From the NCBI GenBank assembly GCA_036172245.1, contig JAYWIR010000022.1, positions 2,480,001 to 2,544,000 on the forward strand: a stretch of DNA of 64,000 bases, in the 5' to 3' direction. The notes below the pieces were generated by a model. The model was not told the DNA's origin, did not search any database, and was given only the letters and a program-made list of their open reading frames with translations. This DNA comes from Raillietiella orientalis. Its lineage: Eukaryota. The position numbers and the translations under genes are program-made. Below are positions 23,841 through 35,949 of the stretch, piece by piece (the stretch's first letter is position 1; the number at the start of each line of letters is the position of its first letter).

Positions 23841-26349
23841 CTCGATGAGGGCACTCAACACGGTTCGGAAGATGGACCGACACGAGCCGACAACGCTCGG
23901 AGGCAATACCACGGAACAACGGGACAAAAAAAAAAAAAAGGCCTAGCGTATCCTGACGTCACCTTCGAACGCCATTCCTTATCGAAGTGATACCCGCCAG
24001 TTTGGTTACACAGGAGATAAATTAAGTTCTGGATGAATGGCTCCGCGAGTTTTTTGTTTTTTCTTCTTCTTCTTCTTCTTCTTTTCCCGTTCTCGCACAC
24101 ACCTCTGCGGGTCTCGCATGCACTGCTACATATTGCGTGGGGGGGAGAGGAGGGGAAGACGCTGCACGCAACGACCTCGCCGCGCACCGGTTGCAGCCTC
24201 ACTGGGAGCAAATGTGCGCAGTTTTGCCCATTATAAGGCGCGCCGGGAACTCTTTGCCGCACGCGTGCCGCGGATCGATCGGGGGATGCTCCCCGGCTCG
24301 GATGCGCGACGGCTCCTTCCTCCTCCTCCCCATCCGCAGGGGGCGTGCACGGCAGGAAGAGGGAGGGGAGGCGGGGGGAGGGGACGACGACAAAAAAACC
24401 AAAACAGAAACAAACAGAAAAAAATTCGAAAAAAAAATTCGACCGGGAGGAACTGTCGAATTCCCCTCCGCCCCCCCCCCCCGCGCGGTCACGGCACGTA
24501 CCACGCGCAGGCGTGACCGTGCGCTCCGGAGATGCCGCTTCACGTGTGCCTCCGCGTCCCATTGTTGGGGGAATCGCTCCCGGCGCGCGGAGTCGCGTTC
24601 CCAAGGAGATCGGCGGCGTCGCCGGTCGCCCCGACAAAAAACGGCGGGGCTGCGCGTCGTGCGGTTCCCGAGAGCCCGCGGGGCGCTCGCGCGGGCCATC
24701 GCACGAGGAGCAGCCTCCTCCTCTTCGAAAGCCCGGGAGGAACACGGCGGGAGGCGGCCGCCGCGGCACCCATGCAGCGCGCGTGCCCTTCCAGTGGCAG
24801 CGGACTGTTCGAAATGCCATGGCAACTTTGCGAGGCGAGCGCGCGCGCGGGGGTAAAGTGCGCAGTGTCGTCAAGCGCTTTTTGCAGCAGCAGCAGCATT
24901 CTCCTTCCCCCCCCCCCCTCCTCCTTCTCACTGTTTTTTTTTTTTTTTTTTTTTTTTTCCCGCCAGCAGTGTTTATTCGGCAGGGAACGATTCTTGTCCT
25001 ACATGGCTCTGGAGTGCTCCTTTCGGCTGTTGCGAGCCCATTTCCTCCTCCGCCTCCTTCCGTCCTCGATCACGCTCACCCCCCGTATCCAGTCTCCAAG
25101 GCAACTACGAAAGCCTTCGCCGGTGCGTCGCCCGGGCGTCATGGCTTCCTTTCGACCTGGTCGCACTCCGGTCGCGAAGACGACGACAAACGTCTCCACT
25201 CTCGCTGCTCATCCGAGCCGGTGTGCGTTGATCATCTGACGGTGACGACGATGCTCCCCTCCTCTCCCCAGTCCCCCGCATCGAGGTTGCCGCCCCACGC
25301 GCGTACACCGAACTTTGCTCGTTCTACCAACCACTGTCGTCGTCGCAGCACTCATCAACCCCTCCCCCCCTCCCTACTCCCCCTCCCCCTTCCCTTCTTT
25401 TTGTTTTTCGCGTTCTTTCGCTAGGCCAAAGGGAAAAAACAAAAACGAAAATCTCGCGTCAGGAAAAATGCAGATTACGCACGTCCCTTCGCATGATACC
25501 ACGGAAACGGTCGTCACCATGGAAAAAGGCGGGAGAAGTCCGCCGCCTCCTCGAGGAGGAAAGGCAAGGCTGCTTGCGCTGCTGCTGCCTCGGCGCCCTG
25601 GGAGCGTGCACATCCGGGTCCACCTCCTCCTGCGGCTCCTCCCCTCAGGAGGGTCGCCCATCACGGAGGGCGTGATTTTAGCGCCTTGTCCGTCCTCTCC
25701 CTTCCCCGAAGCCGTACGAGCTTTGCGCCGAGCGAAACGCAGGAGTGCACGGGCGCAGCTTCTTCCTTCGTGCAACCCGCCAGAAGACGACTCTGGGAGG
25801 TCTTCCCTCCAGGCTGCTAGTCCTCCACGGTGCAGGAAAGGGCTGTTCCCCTGTGGTCTGCACACGGCGGCGGCTTCCTCCCTCTGACTCATGCATTGCA
25901 AAGGGCAGCGATGGGCAGGACGGGCGGACGTGTGGTCGCTCCTTCCGCCAGACGGGGCAGGACACGAGCAAACAGGGAACACGCACGGCCAGGCGGCATG
26001 CCACGAGCATACAGACCTCCCTATCCACCCACCCACTCCCTCCATGGCTCAAACATCGAAGAAGCCCCCGCCCTTTCATCCTAGGCAGAACGGCCGCACC
26101 CCTCGCGGCGGAGGCTGTTGCTCCCGCGTTCCCGCTGCTCCGTCCACTTCGTACGGTAGGGACGTGCAGCGTTTTCGCAAAGGAAGCCTTCCGTGGGTTG
26201 TGGAAAAGAGCTGCTGGAATTTCACCCTGGACTGACTGCTGCAACCACAGATTGGATTGACCAGCCCCGCTCTGGAGGATCACCCAATCAAGTCGCGGAC
26301 GCGCGTGAATCGTCACGATGGCAACGAACACTGGACTGTGGAGACCGCT

Positions 26350-27400
26350 GCCATTCTCCCGATCGCTCCCGATCTTCCTTCCACCATCCCGCAGCTGGTT
26401 AAGAATCTCCCCCGTTCGGGTGCTCCCTTCAGAGGAGCGCGGAACATTCCGGCTTGGGTGGGCAGTAGCACCAGCGGCAGCGTCACTGGGTCCCGCGGGG
26501 GGGAGGGAGGGGGGAGAATGGTCACCTCGAGATTTCGTAGGTGTGTATGTCCGCAAGCCGGTTGCGTCTGCGCGCGGCGCGTCCTGCTGCCTTCGCCCGC
26601 CTTCTCTCTCCGGAAAATCCGCACCGGAGTGGCAACCGCGTCTCGTGCCGCTGCGGGCATCGCTTTTCCAGAGGCCCTCTCTCGGTGTGCCGAGACCCCG
26701 AGGCATCGTCACCACCCCGCGAGAGATCCTGCAGAGATACGTGCCGCCGCCGCTGGCGGGAAGAAGAGGTCACCCTGCCGTTCGCTTCGCGAGGCGCGCA
26801 CACAACTCGCGGCATGCGAGTCCGACGTCTTGTTGGGGCGCGACAGCACCTTCCCCACGGGAAGTGCCCCAGTTTTCGTTGCCGGAAGCGCCCGCATCGA
26901 GGTTTCCTTTCGGTTGCTGCCGCTGCACCGTTCCGTCGCGATCTGCCTCTTCCGTTTCCGGCGTGTCGCGTTTTCCGCCGCGCGACGGAAATCGGAAAAA
27001 TTTCGACAGCCCTCTTTCTTGTCCGAGTGGGCAAGCTTTCCGGTGTCATCACCTCGTAGATTCGCGATGGTCACAGATTCTGGACTGCCTTCGTCGCCGT
27101 GGCTCCCGGATGCGTCGCTTCGTGAAACCGAGCTCTGTCTCGAGGCATCGCGCGCTTCTCGTGACTTTTGGGAAGCTCCATCGCCGGGACGAAGATGGTC
27201 AAACCTGCGACCTGAATCCACAGCGAGCAAACCGCAAGAAGAGCGCGTGCGAAGAGCTAGGAAACCACCACGTAGGATGCAGTCTGCTGATGAGAGAAAG
27301 AACCACTCCGTTTGTTTTCCATCGGTGGCTACTCTTTCATCTTCACCACCACCCGTTGCAACGAAATCGGAAAGCTCTTGTTTCTCTTCAGCCGAAGGCA
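26350..27400 (-). mobile_element. Degenerate BEL/Pao RNaseH-integrase fragment
   Basis: ELSDFVA..EWFFLSSADC..RGGF resembles BEL FVANRV..W.HV.S.DNPAD..SRG. Region 26750-26840 is paralogous to the flanks of the insertion at 29739-30560. Confidence 0.55.
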
Positions 27401-27559
27401 AAAGAAATTTTTCCTCCTTCTCCAGGTTCTTCTTCCTCCCCCCCCCCCACCTTTTTTTTTTTTGTCTTGCGAAGGTGAATTCTTACTGCTATATTTTTGT
27501 TTTTGTTTTTTCCGGAAAAAAAAAAGAAAGAAAGAAGAAGAAGCCGAAATTAGAAAAAG

Positions 27560-28200
27560 CATTACTGCCGCTGGCGACGGTCTCGTCGAGAATCACGAAC
27601 GCAGTTGTTTTTTTCCGTGCATTCTGTGAACGGCCATTTCCGAACGGCCGCGCTGCACGCACGCCAAGCCGAAAGGCGGCGGCCAACGGAAAGTCCGCCG
27701 CGGAGGTCCGAATTTCGCAGGTCATCCTCGAGGTGAGCAGGGCATAAAAGTCGCAATAGGGGAGATCCGGGGACCCTTTCCCTTCCCATTCCCCTCCCCC
27801 CCCCCCCCTCCCGAACAGGGGAAAGAAAAGAAAAAAAAAACCGAAGGTAATATGCGGTGAGGGGCCTGGTGTCGGGCGCTGAGCACAGAGAGGCAGGCAA
27901 TCGTGCGCCACAAATTATCAAGTATTCATGTGGGGAGATCCCCACTGACTCTTTTTCCTTTTTTTTTGGCTTTCCATGGGAAATCAACCTGCACGAGGAT
28001 GGGAGCGGTATACCAGAAGTTGCCAGTGATACACGTCGAGGGGGGGGGAGCCCCAAACGCTATTATCTGCCGAATATGCAAATAGGCCTTCTCGCAGCCC
28101 CTACGCTCTCACTCGGCTGTTTCGGTGAGGCTTCACGGATCTCTGATGCTGTGAAGATAGTAGGGGGGCACATCGGGGTCGGACAGGTTTGCCACTTGCA
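27560..28200 (-). mobile_element. Degenerate Tc1/mariner transposase C-terminal remnant
   Basis: GSPDLPYCDFY (~27750) resembles mariner YSPDLAPCDF. The upstream basic KKKEK patch is in the expected position. No TIRs found. Confidence 0.45.
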
Positions 28201-28699
28201 CCTCCATCTAAAAAAAAACACACACACACACACAAAGAAAATGACTTCTTTCCGTATTGGCTTATTTTAAGCCACAAGCAATGCCCGAAACAAAGGCCCC
28301 ACAGCGCGCAGAAAGCACGGCACTTCCGGTTCGAGAAAGTGATCCTTCATCCAACAATGAGCTCCCATGGCAACCGCTCGTTCACACGATGGCGCTTGCT
28401 GGTCGTAGGGATGGGGGGAGGCGATGAACGAAACACGAGCATCGAGCACGCCCTCGGAATGGTTTGCTGTAGAGCGCTGCAACCGACGGTTCCAAATAGG
28501 CATCTCGAAATTTCCAAGGCAGCAGTGTCCGTCGCGAGATGGAAATCGCATCTCTGTGATAAAAAAGAAAGGAAAAAGCCACCCAAGTTCCTTCCCCCTT
28601 GCGTGTGTATCCGACGACGACGACGGACAGCTGGGTCGGTTCTTCCCCCCTCGAAACCCACGGAAGGCATGGGCAGCGGACTCAAGGCCCTTCACGTGG

Positions 28700-31150
28700 C
28701 TTCTTCTTGCGAAAGGGAGAAATCGAAGGTCCTTTCCAACGATTCCGCGTCCACCATCGCTAAAAGCAGAATGCCGTTATCTTGGCGCGGCGCCGTGCCA
28801 CGAGTGATGGACAGACAAGGCTTTGCTTTCAAGCACACATGCATGCTACTTGCTATGCATTACGGGACGCTCCTCTTGGTCACAACATTTGCAGAGTATT
28901 CCACGCGAAGCAACCGCCCACGATGCTTGGAACGCTGGAGAGCCCCTCTGCTGAAAGACACGCAGTCGTGAGACCAGGTGGACCTTCAAAGGAAAGCATC
29001 CCTATTTTCTTTCTGGTTCAAGTGCGTTTGGTTGGTTGGTTGCATTTCCTCTTCTTATTCTCTTTGGAGGGGGCGGGGCGGGGGGGGGGCTTTTCAGAAG
29101 ACCTGTTTTTCCACTGGAATCTGCCCTCTCTCAAACAGATTAGAGTTCTGAAGAGAACGCACCACTGATGCCGAACCTGCGCCACACAGTGAATCCAGCA
29201 TGCGGGTGGCTGGTTCTCGACGGCTCTCGTACGTAACGACATTTGCGTTCTCTTTTATCGGTCGTGCTCTGGAAATCTCGTGACAAAGCTTTTCCTCTTC
29301 CACCACGCTGTAAGAGATGATGCAAGCTACGAATCATCGTGGTAGCTCGGATAAAAGTCTCATGAAGTTCCCGCGACGATGCACAAAGTTTATAAAAGAT
29401 TTATTCCGGATTCAAGATGAGCACTCAACCACGTGGCTGCTGCGTCCGCTTGGAGAAGCAGCTCTCCCCTTTCTTCACTTCCTGAACTCGATGTCCATGC
29501 AAGCTAGGAAACCACGCCGGTTCGTCTCCCTCGGCCTGCTGCCCATGGCCAGTCAAACATTCCTGTGAGCCTGGAAAACGGAAAGCACACAAACAGGAAG
29601 CTCTTTAAGGACAGATGTCGATTCCAGCTGTAATTTGCAAATGTACAGTAGTGACCCGCTCAGCATCGTCGCAAGGTGCCTCTCCGCGCAGTTTGCTACA
29701 GAAGGTGCCGCCCCTGGCGGGAAGAAGAGGTCACCCTGTAAAAAAAAAAAAAAAGCTGGAAGGAAAAAACAGCGAAGACAGAAGAAAAAGAACCCAAGGA
29801 ACCCTTTCTTATCTTTTCTGTCTTCGCAGTTCTTCGACATGGTTCCACGCCACCCGAGGGTGGGTAATTCTCCAAGAGGGGTCCGCCCTATGAATTCAGG
29901 AACGACTCGGAGTCCGTTCCTCTGACGCCTGGGGAGGGATCCCCGGAAATGGAGATCACCTCCACCCTGATTGTCTCCGAAGGGGAATCCAGAAGGGAAT
30001 ACTCCTTCCTTATTCTCTCCGGAGGACCCCCAAGTGGGTCCGCTCCATTCTTTCTTCTCTGAAGGGAACCCGGAAAGGATCCGATCCTGGAATTTCTTCT
30101 CCGGAAGGATCCCCCGCAAGGGATCCGCTCTTGTTTTTACTCCTCTGAAGAGAACCCGGAAGGGACGCTTCCGAAATTCAGAAGGACGCAGCTTCCCCGA
30201 AGGGATCGCCTCGCTTCCCCGCACTCCCGGGAGAGGTGGTGGCGACACACCTACTCCATCAGTACGAAGCGGAGGGTCCGCTCCTTCACAATCGGAGGGG
30301 GAACTCCCCACTCGTTGATTCCTGGAAAAACAAGGAGGTCGACTCCCATTTGCCCCGGCCCTCATCGGGGTCATCATGTTTGAACCGCTACCAGTGCCGC
30401 ACTCGGATGAATGTAGGCCAACCAGCGTCATCTCGTGGGGTGAACTCGGGACCCACGGCGCACTGCATCGATTCCTTCGGAGTATTCGAACCCACGACGC
30501 TTGGTGGTGCCACGCGCGGAGACCACCGTAACCACACGGCCTCGGACGCGGGCCGTGTGGTTCGTTTCACGAGGCGCACACACAACTCGCGGGATGAGAG
30601 TCCGACGTCCTGCTGGAACGCGAAATTCGGAAATCCGAATTTAAGGAAGGATCGTGCCAAATAAGAAAGCGTATGCTTTGCCGTGGTGAAACACAAAGCC
30701 AAGCTTAAACAGTTGAGCGGGAATCACGAAGTGACCTTGAGCAACGTGGTGTTCGTTCTCGACGAAGGAAGCGCTTCTTTTGACTCGGACCCTCAGGACC
30801 AAGGAGAGTTTTGAGCTGTTAACGGAGATACCTTCAATTCTCCGGGAAGGGTGACACTGATCTGCAAAGAGCTCCAGCAAGGACGGAATGTCTTGTTTCT
30901 GGAATCTCGGAAGTGTCCAGAGAGCAATCCGTTCCACTTCTGCCCATCTGTTTCTATGCGGCTCGGCTCGCGTTGCTGAAAACAACAACTGACCGGTGCT
31001 CCGCCTGGCGCTGAATTGCAACACAGATTTCGATTCCTGGTGCTTTCCCGAAATGATCTGTGACGACATCCGTCGGAGCACCTCATTATCAGTGGTCATC
31101 GACTGTCTGCATCCATCACGGCTTAACGTTTCGGTTGCTTCGTTCTTTTT
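28700..31150 (-). mobile_element. Degenerate BEL/Pao integrase region, interrupted by the SINE-like element
   Basis: AEVERIAL..SSKLSLVLRVR..HFVIP..HH (ORF 30641-31099), then SGSLLY..VCVLSVF..GFLACM..RKGR, QRGG, and RVEY..KR, in BEL integrase order. Confidence 0.65.
29739..30560 (-). mobile_element. tRNA-headed SINE-like element, copy 2 (apparently complete, ~820 bp)
   Basis: Box A/B-like head GGCCGTGTGGTTACGGTGG...GGGTTCGAATAC (30472-30541), internal ~42-bp degenerate tandem repeats and a T-rich 3' end. Absent from the paralogous site at ~26775. Confidence 0.7.
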
Positions 31151-32189
31151 CCATTTCCAGTCCTTTCCAGTTTCGTTGAGCGAAATCCAGACCGTATTTT
31201 CGTAACAGATTGAATTCGCGTCTTGTTCCTGTTTCCATTTTGATTATAGAAATTACATCCTTTCAAAAGAATTTCATTTAGTCATTGTGTACCCCTTTTC
31301 TGATTAATTTTTAATTATATACCCTGTGTGTTTTAGCTCTTTCTTTTGAATTCGTCTCTTTGGAATTTTTTAAAGATAAACTGTCTACTTTTGTGAGCTC
31401 AAACGCAAAGCTCCCACAATCATATTATCACCACTTATCTCGTGAAGAGGTTCAGTTGCATACAAATCACAAGGAACTTCCTTTCTATTAGCCTGAAATC
31501 TCCAAGTTGATTACTAATATTAACAGAGACTCAGCGATTTAGTTTAGAAACAGTTTAGAAAATGTTTCTTGAGCTGCCATGCTTTCTTCACGGTCGAAAA
31601 TCTTCACACAAGAGGCGATCATCATTTCATATACTCTGATTTCGAAGTTTAGCTTCAGCCACAATTTTTGTGGTTTCAGTCTAGATAGATTTTTGGAAAT
31701 TGTGGTTATAATCTTTTAAAATGAGGAAGGTTGAACATGATCCATATACGTAGATTGATAAGAGCTTGCTAGACAATCCACCATTTGTGTACATATGAGT
31801 ACAACTTCACGATCACATATATGCTATATTCATAAAGAAATTGCTTAACACATGGGGATCTTAGTGATAGAATCACTAAAGTAGCAAAAAAAAAAAAAAA
31901 ATGTATCCATATATACATATGGATATGAAAAGTACTCTTTATCGGTTAAGAACCGTTAGCCCATCACTGAGTTTTGAAGTCTATGTGAGATCCTACAACG
32001 AAAGGTACAGATATGAAGAATGTTCAAATTTTTTCGTTTTCATGCTATTCTGTTTGATTTTAGTCTTTTCATCCTACAATCAAATTCTTCTAATCTGGTT
32101 TTTCCGAATTTTTTGCCAAGTGGAAACCATTATTATATATTTTAATTACTTTTTTTTAAAGTAATGATTCGCTGTAGTCTCTAATCTTG

Positions 32190-32698
32190 AGAAATGATCG
32201 CCTTTGGGATCCCCTTGGGACGATCCTTGGATGCCCGGTGGGCAGCCCCAGAGACATTTTTAGACGCCTTTTCGTGAGTGCTACCGTCAGCCGCGTCCTT
32301 AGTAGTTCTCTTCTGTCTCCGCGGAATAGTGACGGCCTGGAACGCAGGAAGAAGAGACCGAAATGGAAGGGACTCCATCCACTGGGCGAGAATCTTTTTG
32401 AGAACCTTCACGAGATGGCCGCATTAGGGCAACATCCGGAGCAGACTTGCCAGCATCCAGGACAGGATGCAGAGGACGCCTCGCAACGAGCAGTGATCCT
32501 TTCCTCGATGCCCCCCTCTCGAGAACGCCTTGTTTGCTTATTTTTGTTTTCTCTTTTCCCTTCTTCGCTGCCCAAGTGGACCGCTCCGGTCTGAGTACCG
32601 GTAATGGGCAAGTTCAATGTTGCAGAACCAAGTGTTCCACTACAAAAATGTATCTTTATTATTTTGATAATAAATGCCCGGCAAAACCGGGTGAAAAA
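32190..32698 (+). mobile_element. Short 3' fragment of the L1/Tx1-like LINE (copy D)
   Basis: LWDPLGTILGCPVGSPRDIF matches copy A LWERFGTTLGILEGSPPRKVF. T-rich UTR and terminal motif AATAAAtgCCCGGcaaaaCCGGGtga (32669-32694). Confidence 0.75.
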
Positions 32699-33182
32699 CC
32701 TCGCGAAATTGTCTGCCTATTGTAGAGTGTCGTCAGCTTTTTGAATTTTTATTACGTTACACATGATTGGTTTAGTGGAATGTTTTTTCTCTCCTTTTTT
32801 TTTTTTCCAGTTTCATTCTCTTACCTAGAGCGATGAATACTTCCGTACTTGAAACGATTTGGATACCAACTAGTATTTTTTATCTCCAGTATATACTCAA
32901 AAATATTTGTATACTTATTGGCAGATATGTGTTTTTTCCTTTGGGGGCTCAAAAATTTCAGTGCTTCACTTAAAGTATTAACGCAGGAGGAACACTGCGT
33001 AGTACGTCATTGTTCTTACTGCAATTCTTATCTGGCAAAGGTTATGGGATGACAAAGAACGCATGTGGAGTGTGTATACCTTCTATGTGGTTCTGAATCG
33101 GAATAGAATTTCGGTACATTTTAGAAAGGGAACATGACCTCACGACTTTGATACTTTGTATCTTTTTTTCCTGTTGACATAA

Positions 33183-33206
33183 ATATATATATATATATAT
33201 ATATAT
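33183..33206. repeat. (AT)n microsatellite
   Basis: Perfect AT dinucleotide run. Confidence 0.85.
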
Positions 33207-33988
33207 TTGTATTGACGCCTAGAAAAACTCAATTTCCAAGCTTTCCGACTCGGGTCTGTTTAAGTTTTACCAGTGGAGGAAGTCTGGTAGTTGTATCGTT
33301 TTTGAATAAGTTTCGATTACTAAGCATCGGACTTCGAACATGAAATTGTATTCATGTGGAAGAACCATTGGCCAGTCTCTCTATTTACTAGTTGGGAATA
33401 TGAATAATAATATTGCATCGCGAATCGCCTTTAAAGCCTTACATATTTCAATGCAATGAATGGACCGATTGTCATATTTCAGAATAAAGATAATGAATGG
33501 TTTACAACAGTCATTATGGCACGTTCAAATTCGTAACTTTTTTTCATTAATCTGGTATCTTTAGTCATATTTCTTTAAAATTTCATGGAACTGCTGCTGA
33601 CACGTTTAAGCGAGCACTATGCGAAGACATATTCTCGCATCCCACTATTTGAAGAATGATTTGCAACAAACGTTTTTTAATAATTTTAATGCAATGTACG
33701 TTTAGTTTTGCTACATTGTCTTCAGAAGACAGGCAGAAAACAAATATTAGGGTACGTACTTTGTTCCTGTAAGAGGAGAAATTTTCCCAGTCGAACTTTA
33801 GTAAGCATTCTTGTTTCTTGGCTTCCTAGCATTCACTGGAATTTGTAAAATAGAAAACACAAAGACTAATTATTCACCTGTTTTCCATAGTTCTTAGCAA
33901 ACCTCAAGACGAGTATGTTTCCTTCTTTTTTTGCCGAAATATCAAATCGAAAATTTTTTTATCTGGAGGAACATCTTTTGTTTTTCAG

Positions 33989-35383
33989 AGTGGACCCCAA
34001 AAGAGCACCATTTTTCAACGAGGTTTGGTGAACCAAACTGTGAAAGCCAAACATATCCTAGCTAATTATCAAACTTATTTTGAACATACTGCTAAGAGAT
34101 TTTCCGGAATTTCATTGGGATATGTTACCCCTGTAAGTGGTATAATCACACAAGTTTAACAAAATGGTTTGCACCAGTTAATGGAATAACCAAGTAGTTA
34201 TTTATGCAGTTTACTTATATTTTTTTGTGAACACTATATAGTGGAACAACTATGGTTACGATATGGCAAAACTCCATGCAAATAAGTTTACCCACATTTC
34301 TCCAGTGTGGTTTGAAATTAAGACCAATGATGGCATTTCATTTTCATTAACAGGAGATAACAATGTTGATACTGAATGGATTAAAGATGTCCGTAAAACC
34401 GGGCGATACACCTCTGTCAAAAGTATGTACTTTAATTTAATTTTACATAAATTTGAAAAAAGTTGTTCCCAGAATTCTGTTTAGTCAATGGACTCTTTGG
34501 AGCTTTGATGCATTGTTTGCATCATCAGAAAGCAGAAAATCTCTCGTCAAGAAACTGTTGACTCTTATAGATGTAACTAATGGACAATTAATTTCAAAAC
34601 TTAAATAATTTTAGAAGCATCAGTTTGATGGACTGGTAATTGAAATATGGAGACAAGTGCCAAATGTTGATAATCCAGAAACAAAAAAGGCTTTGAGACT
34701 GTTTCTTAAACAGGTGGGGGCATCTCTTCATGAACATCAAAAAATTGCCATGCTAGTTATTCCTGCACACTATCCTGGGTAATATGTGTATTTTGTAAGT
34801 GTCATATTGATGCCTTCTCCTTGCAGAATGGAAACTTTCCATCAAGAGGATTTCAGCCTTTTAGCAGATTCATTTGATGGCTTCTCTCTAATGACTTATG
34901 ATTTTTCTACCATTCAGAATCCAGGTAAACCTAGGCATTTTTTAAAGTTTTGAAGTGCTTTTATTAAAGGTCCAAATGCTCCGTTGCCCTGGATGCATAC
35001 TTGTGTTGAAGTTTTGAGCCCAAATCAAACAGATGCTAATAGAAAGAAAATACTTTTGGGTTTGAATTTTTATGGCAATGATTTTTCAGCTACTGGTGGA
35101 CAACCAGTATTGGGAAATCAAGTAATTAACATACTAAAAAAACACAAGAGTAAATTGATATTTGATGATACTTCAAGGGAGCATTTCTTTGAGTACCGGT
35201 AAGTAACATTCAGGGATGTGCCATTTTTATCAGGATTATAGGGAAAATCATATGAAGCATACAGTATTTTATCCAACTTTGTTGTCACTTCATGAAAGAA
35301 TAAGCTTAGCAGAAGAACTTGGAACTGGAATTTCCATATGGGAACTGGGACAGGGGCTGGATTACTTTTTTGATTTGTTTTAA
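33989..35383 (+). CDS. CHID1: Chitinase domain-containing protein 1; exons 33989-34132, 34242-34422, 34463-34572, 34615-34778, 34827-34924, 34970-35198, 35242-35383; 5' exons (~33700-33915) unresolved
   Basis: The spliced frame gives [70 protein letters not shown] and [26 protein letters not shown], which are hallmark CHID1 motifs. Confidence 0.95.
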
Positions 35384-35949
35384 TAAATTCCTCTCCCTGT
35401 TTTTTCTTGAGTTATTTTGTTTGCCTGTAAATTAACAACACAGGGTAATTTCTTTATTTCAGTTGACTGTACTTTTTCAAGCTTTAGATTGATTATGGGA
35501 AATAGGATATATAAAAAACCCAAAGTTTGCAGATCCTATAACATGCAATAATGGTTTTTAATTAAGCCGTATGTTTGTTTATGTGGCAAGAGTAGTATAG
35601 AATCCAGTTCCAAATCCAATCCAGATTTCCACATTTTATGGCTCTCATAAAACCTGTTTTCAACGTCATGAAGAACTGGTTTAAGTACTCTTGAAATTGC
35701 TGACAATCAATTTGGAGTCGAGAAATTGCCCTCTTCACACCGGGACTGATAATGATAAACAGATAATTCTTAAATCATTAACGTTTTCGTAATCCTTTGC
35801 AGCACCGCAAGGTCATTTACAGATTTTGGGGGTCGTTAGGTCCTTAAAAGCACATTAGATAGAAGTGATTAACATGAAAGAATTAATCAACAGATTTTCG
35901 AAACATATTTATTTACATTACATTTCTTTCAAAACAGTTTTTATATTCT

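Noticed and set aside
23855..27747. Long ORFs in the track (23855-24931, 24345-25424, 25678-26715, 26257-27747)
   Set aside because: They are Arg/Pro/Gly-rich with homopolymer-coded runs, overlap on both strands and have no domains. They are shadow ORFs of GC-rich DNA or antisense to TE relics.
29735..30560. The insert as a spliceosomal intron (minus-strand T-run followed by ACAG)
   Set aside because: There is no GT/GC donor at the other junction and the host is a dead TE.
32170..32725. Eroded TSD around LINE copy D
   Set aside because: CTTGAGAAATGATCGCCT versus CTCGCGAAATTGTCTGCCT has too many mismatches to be confident.
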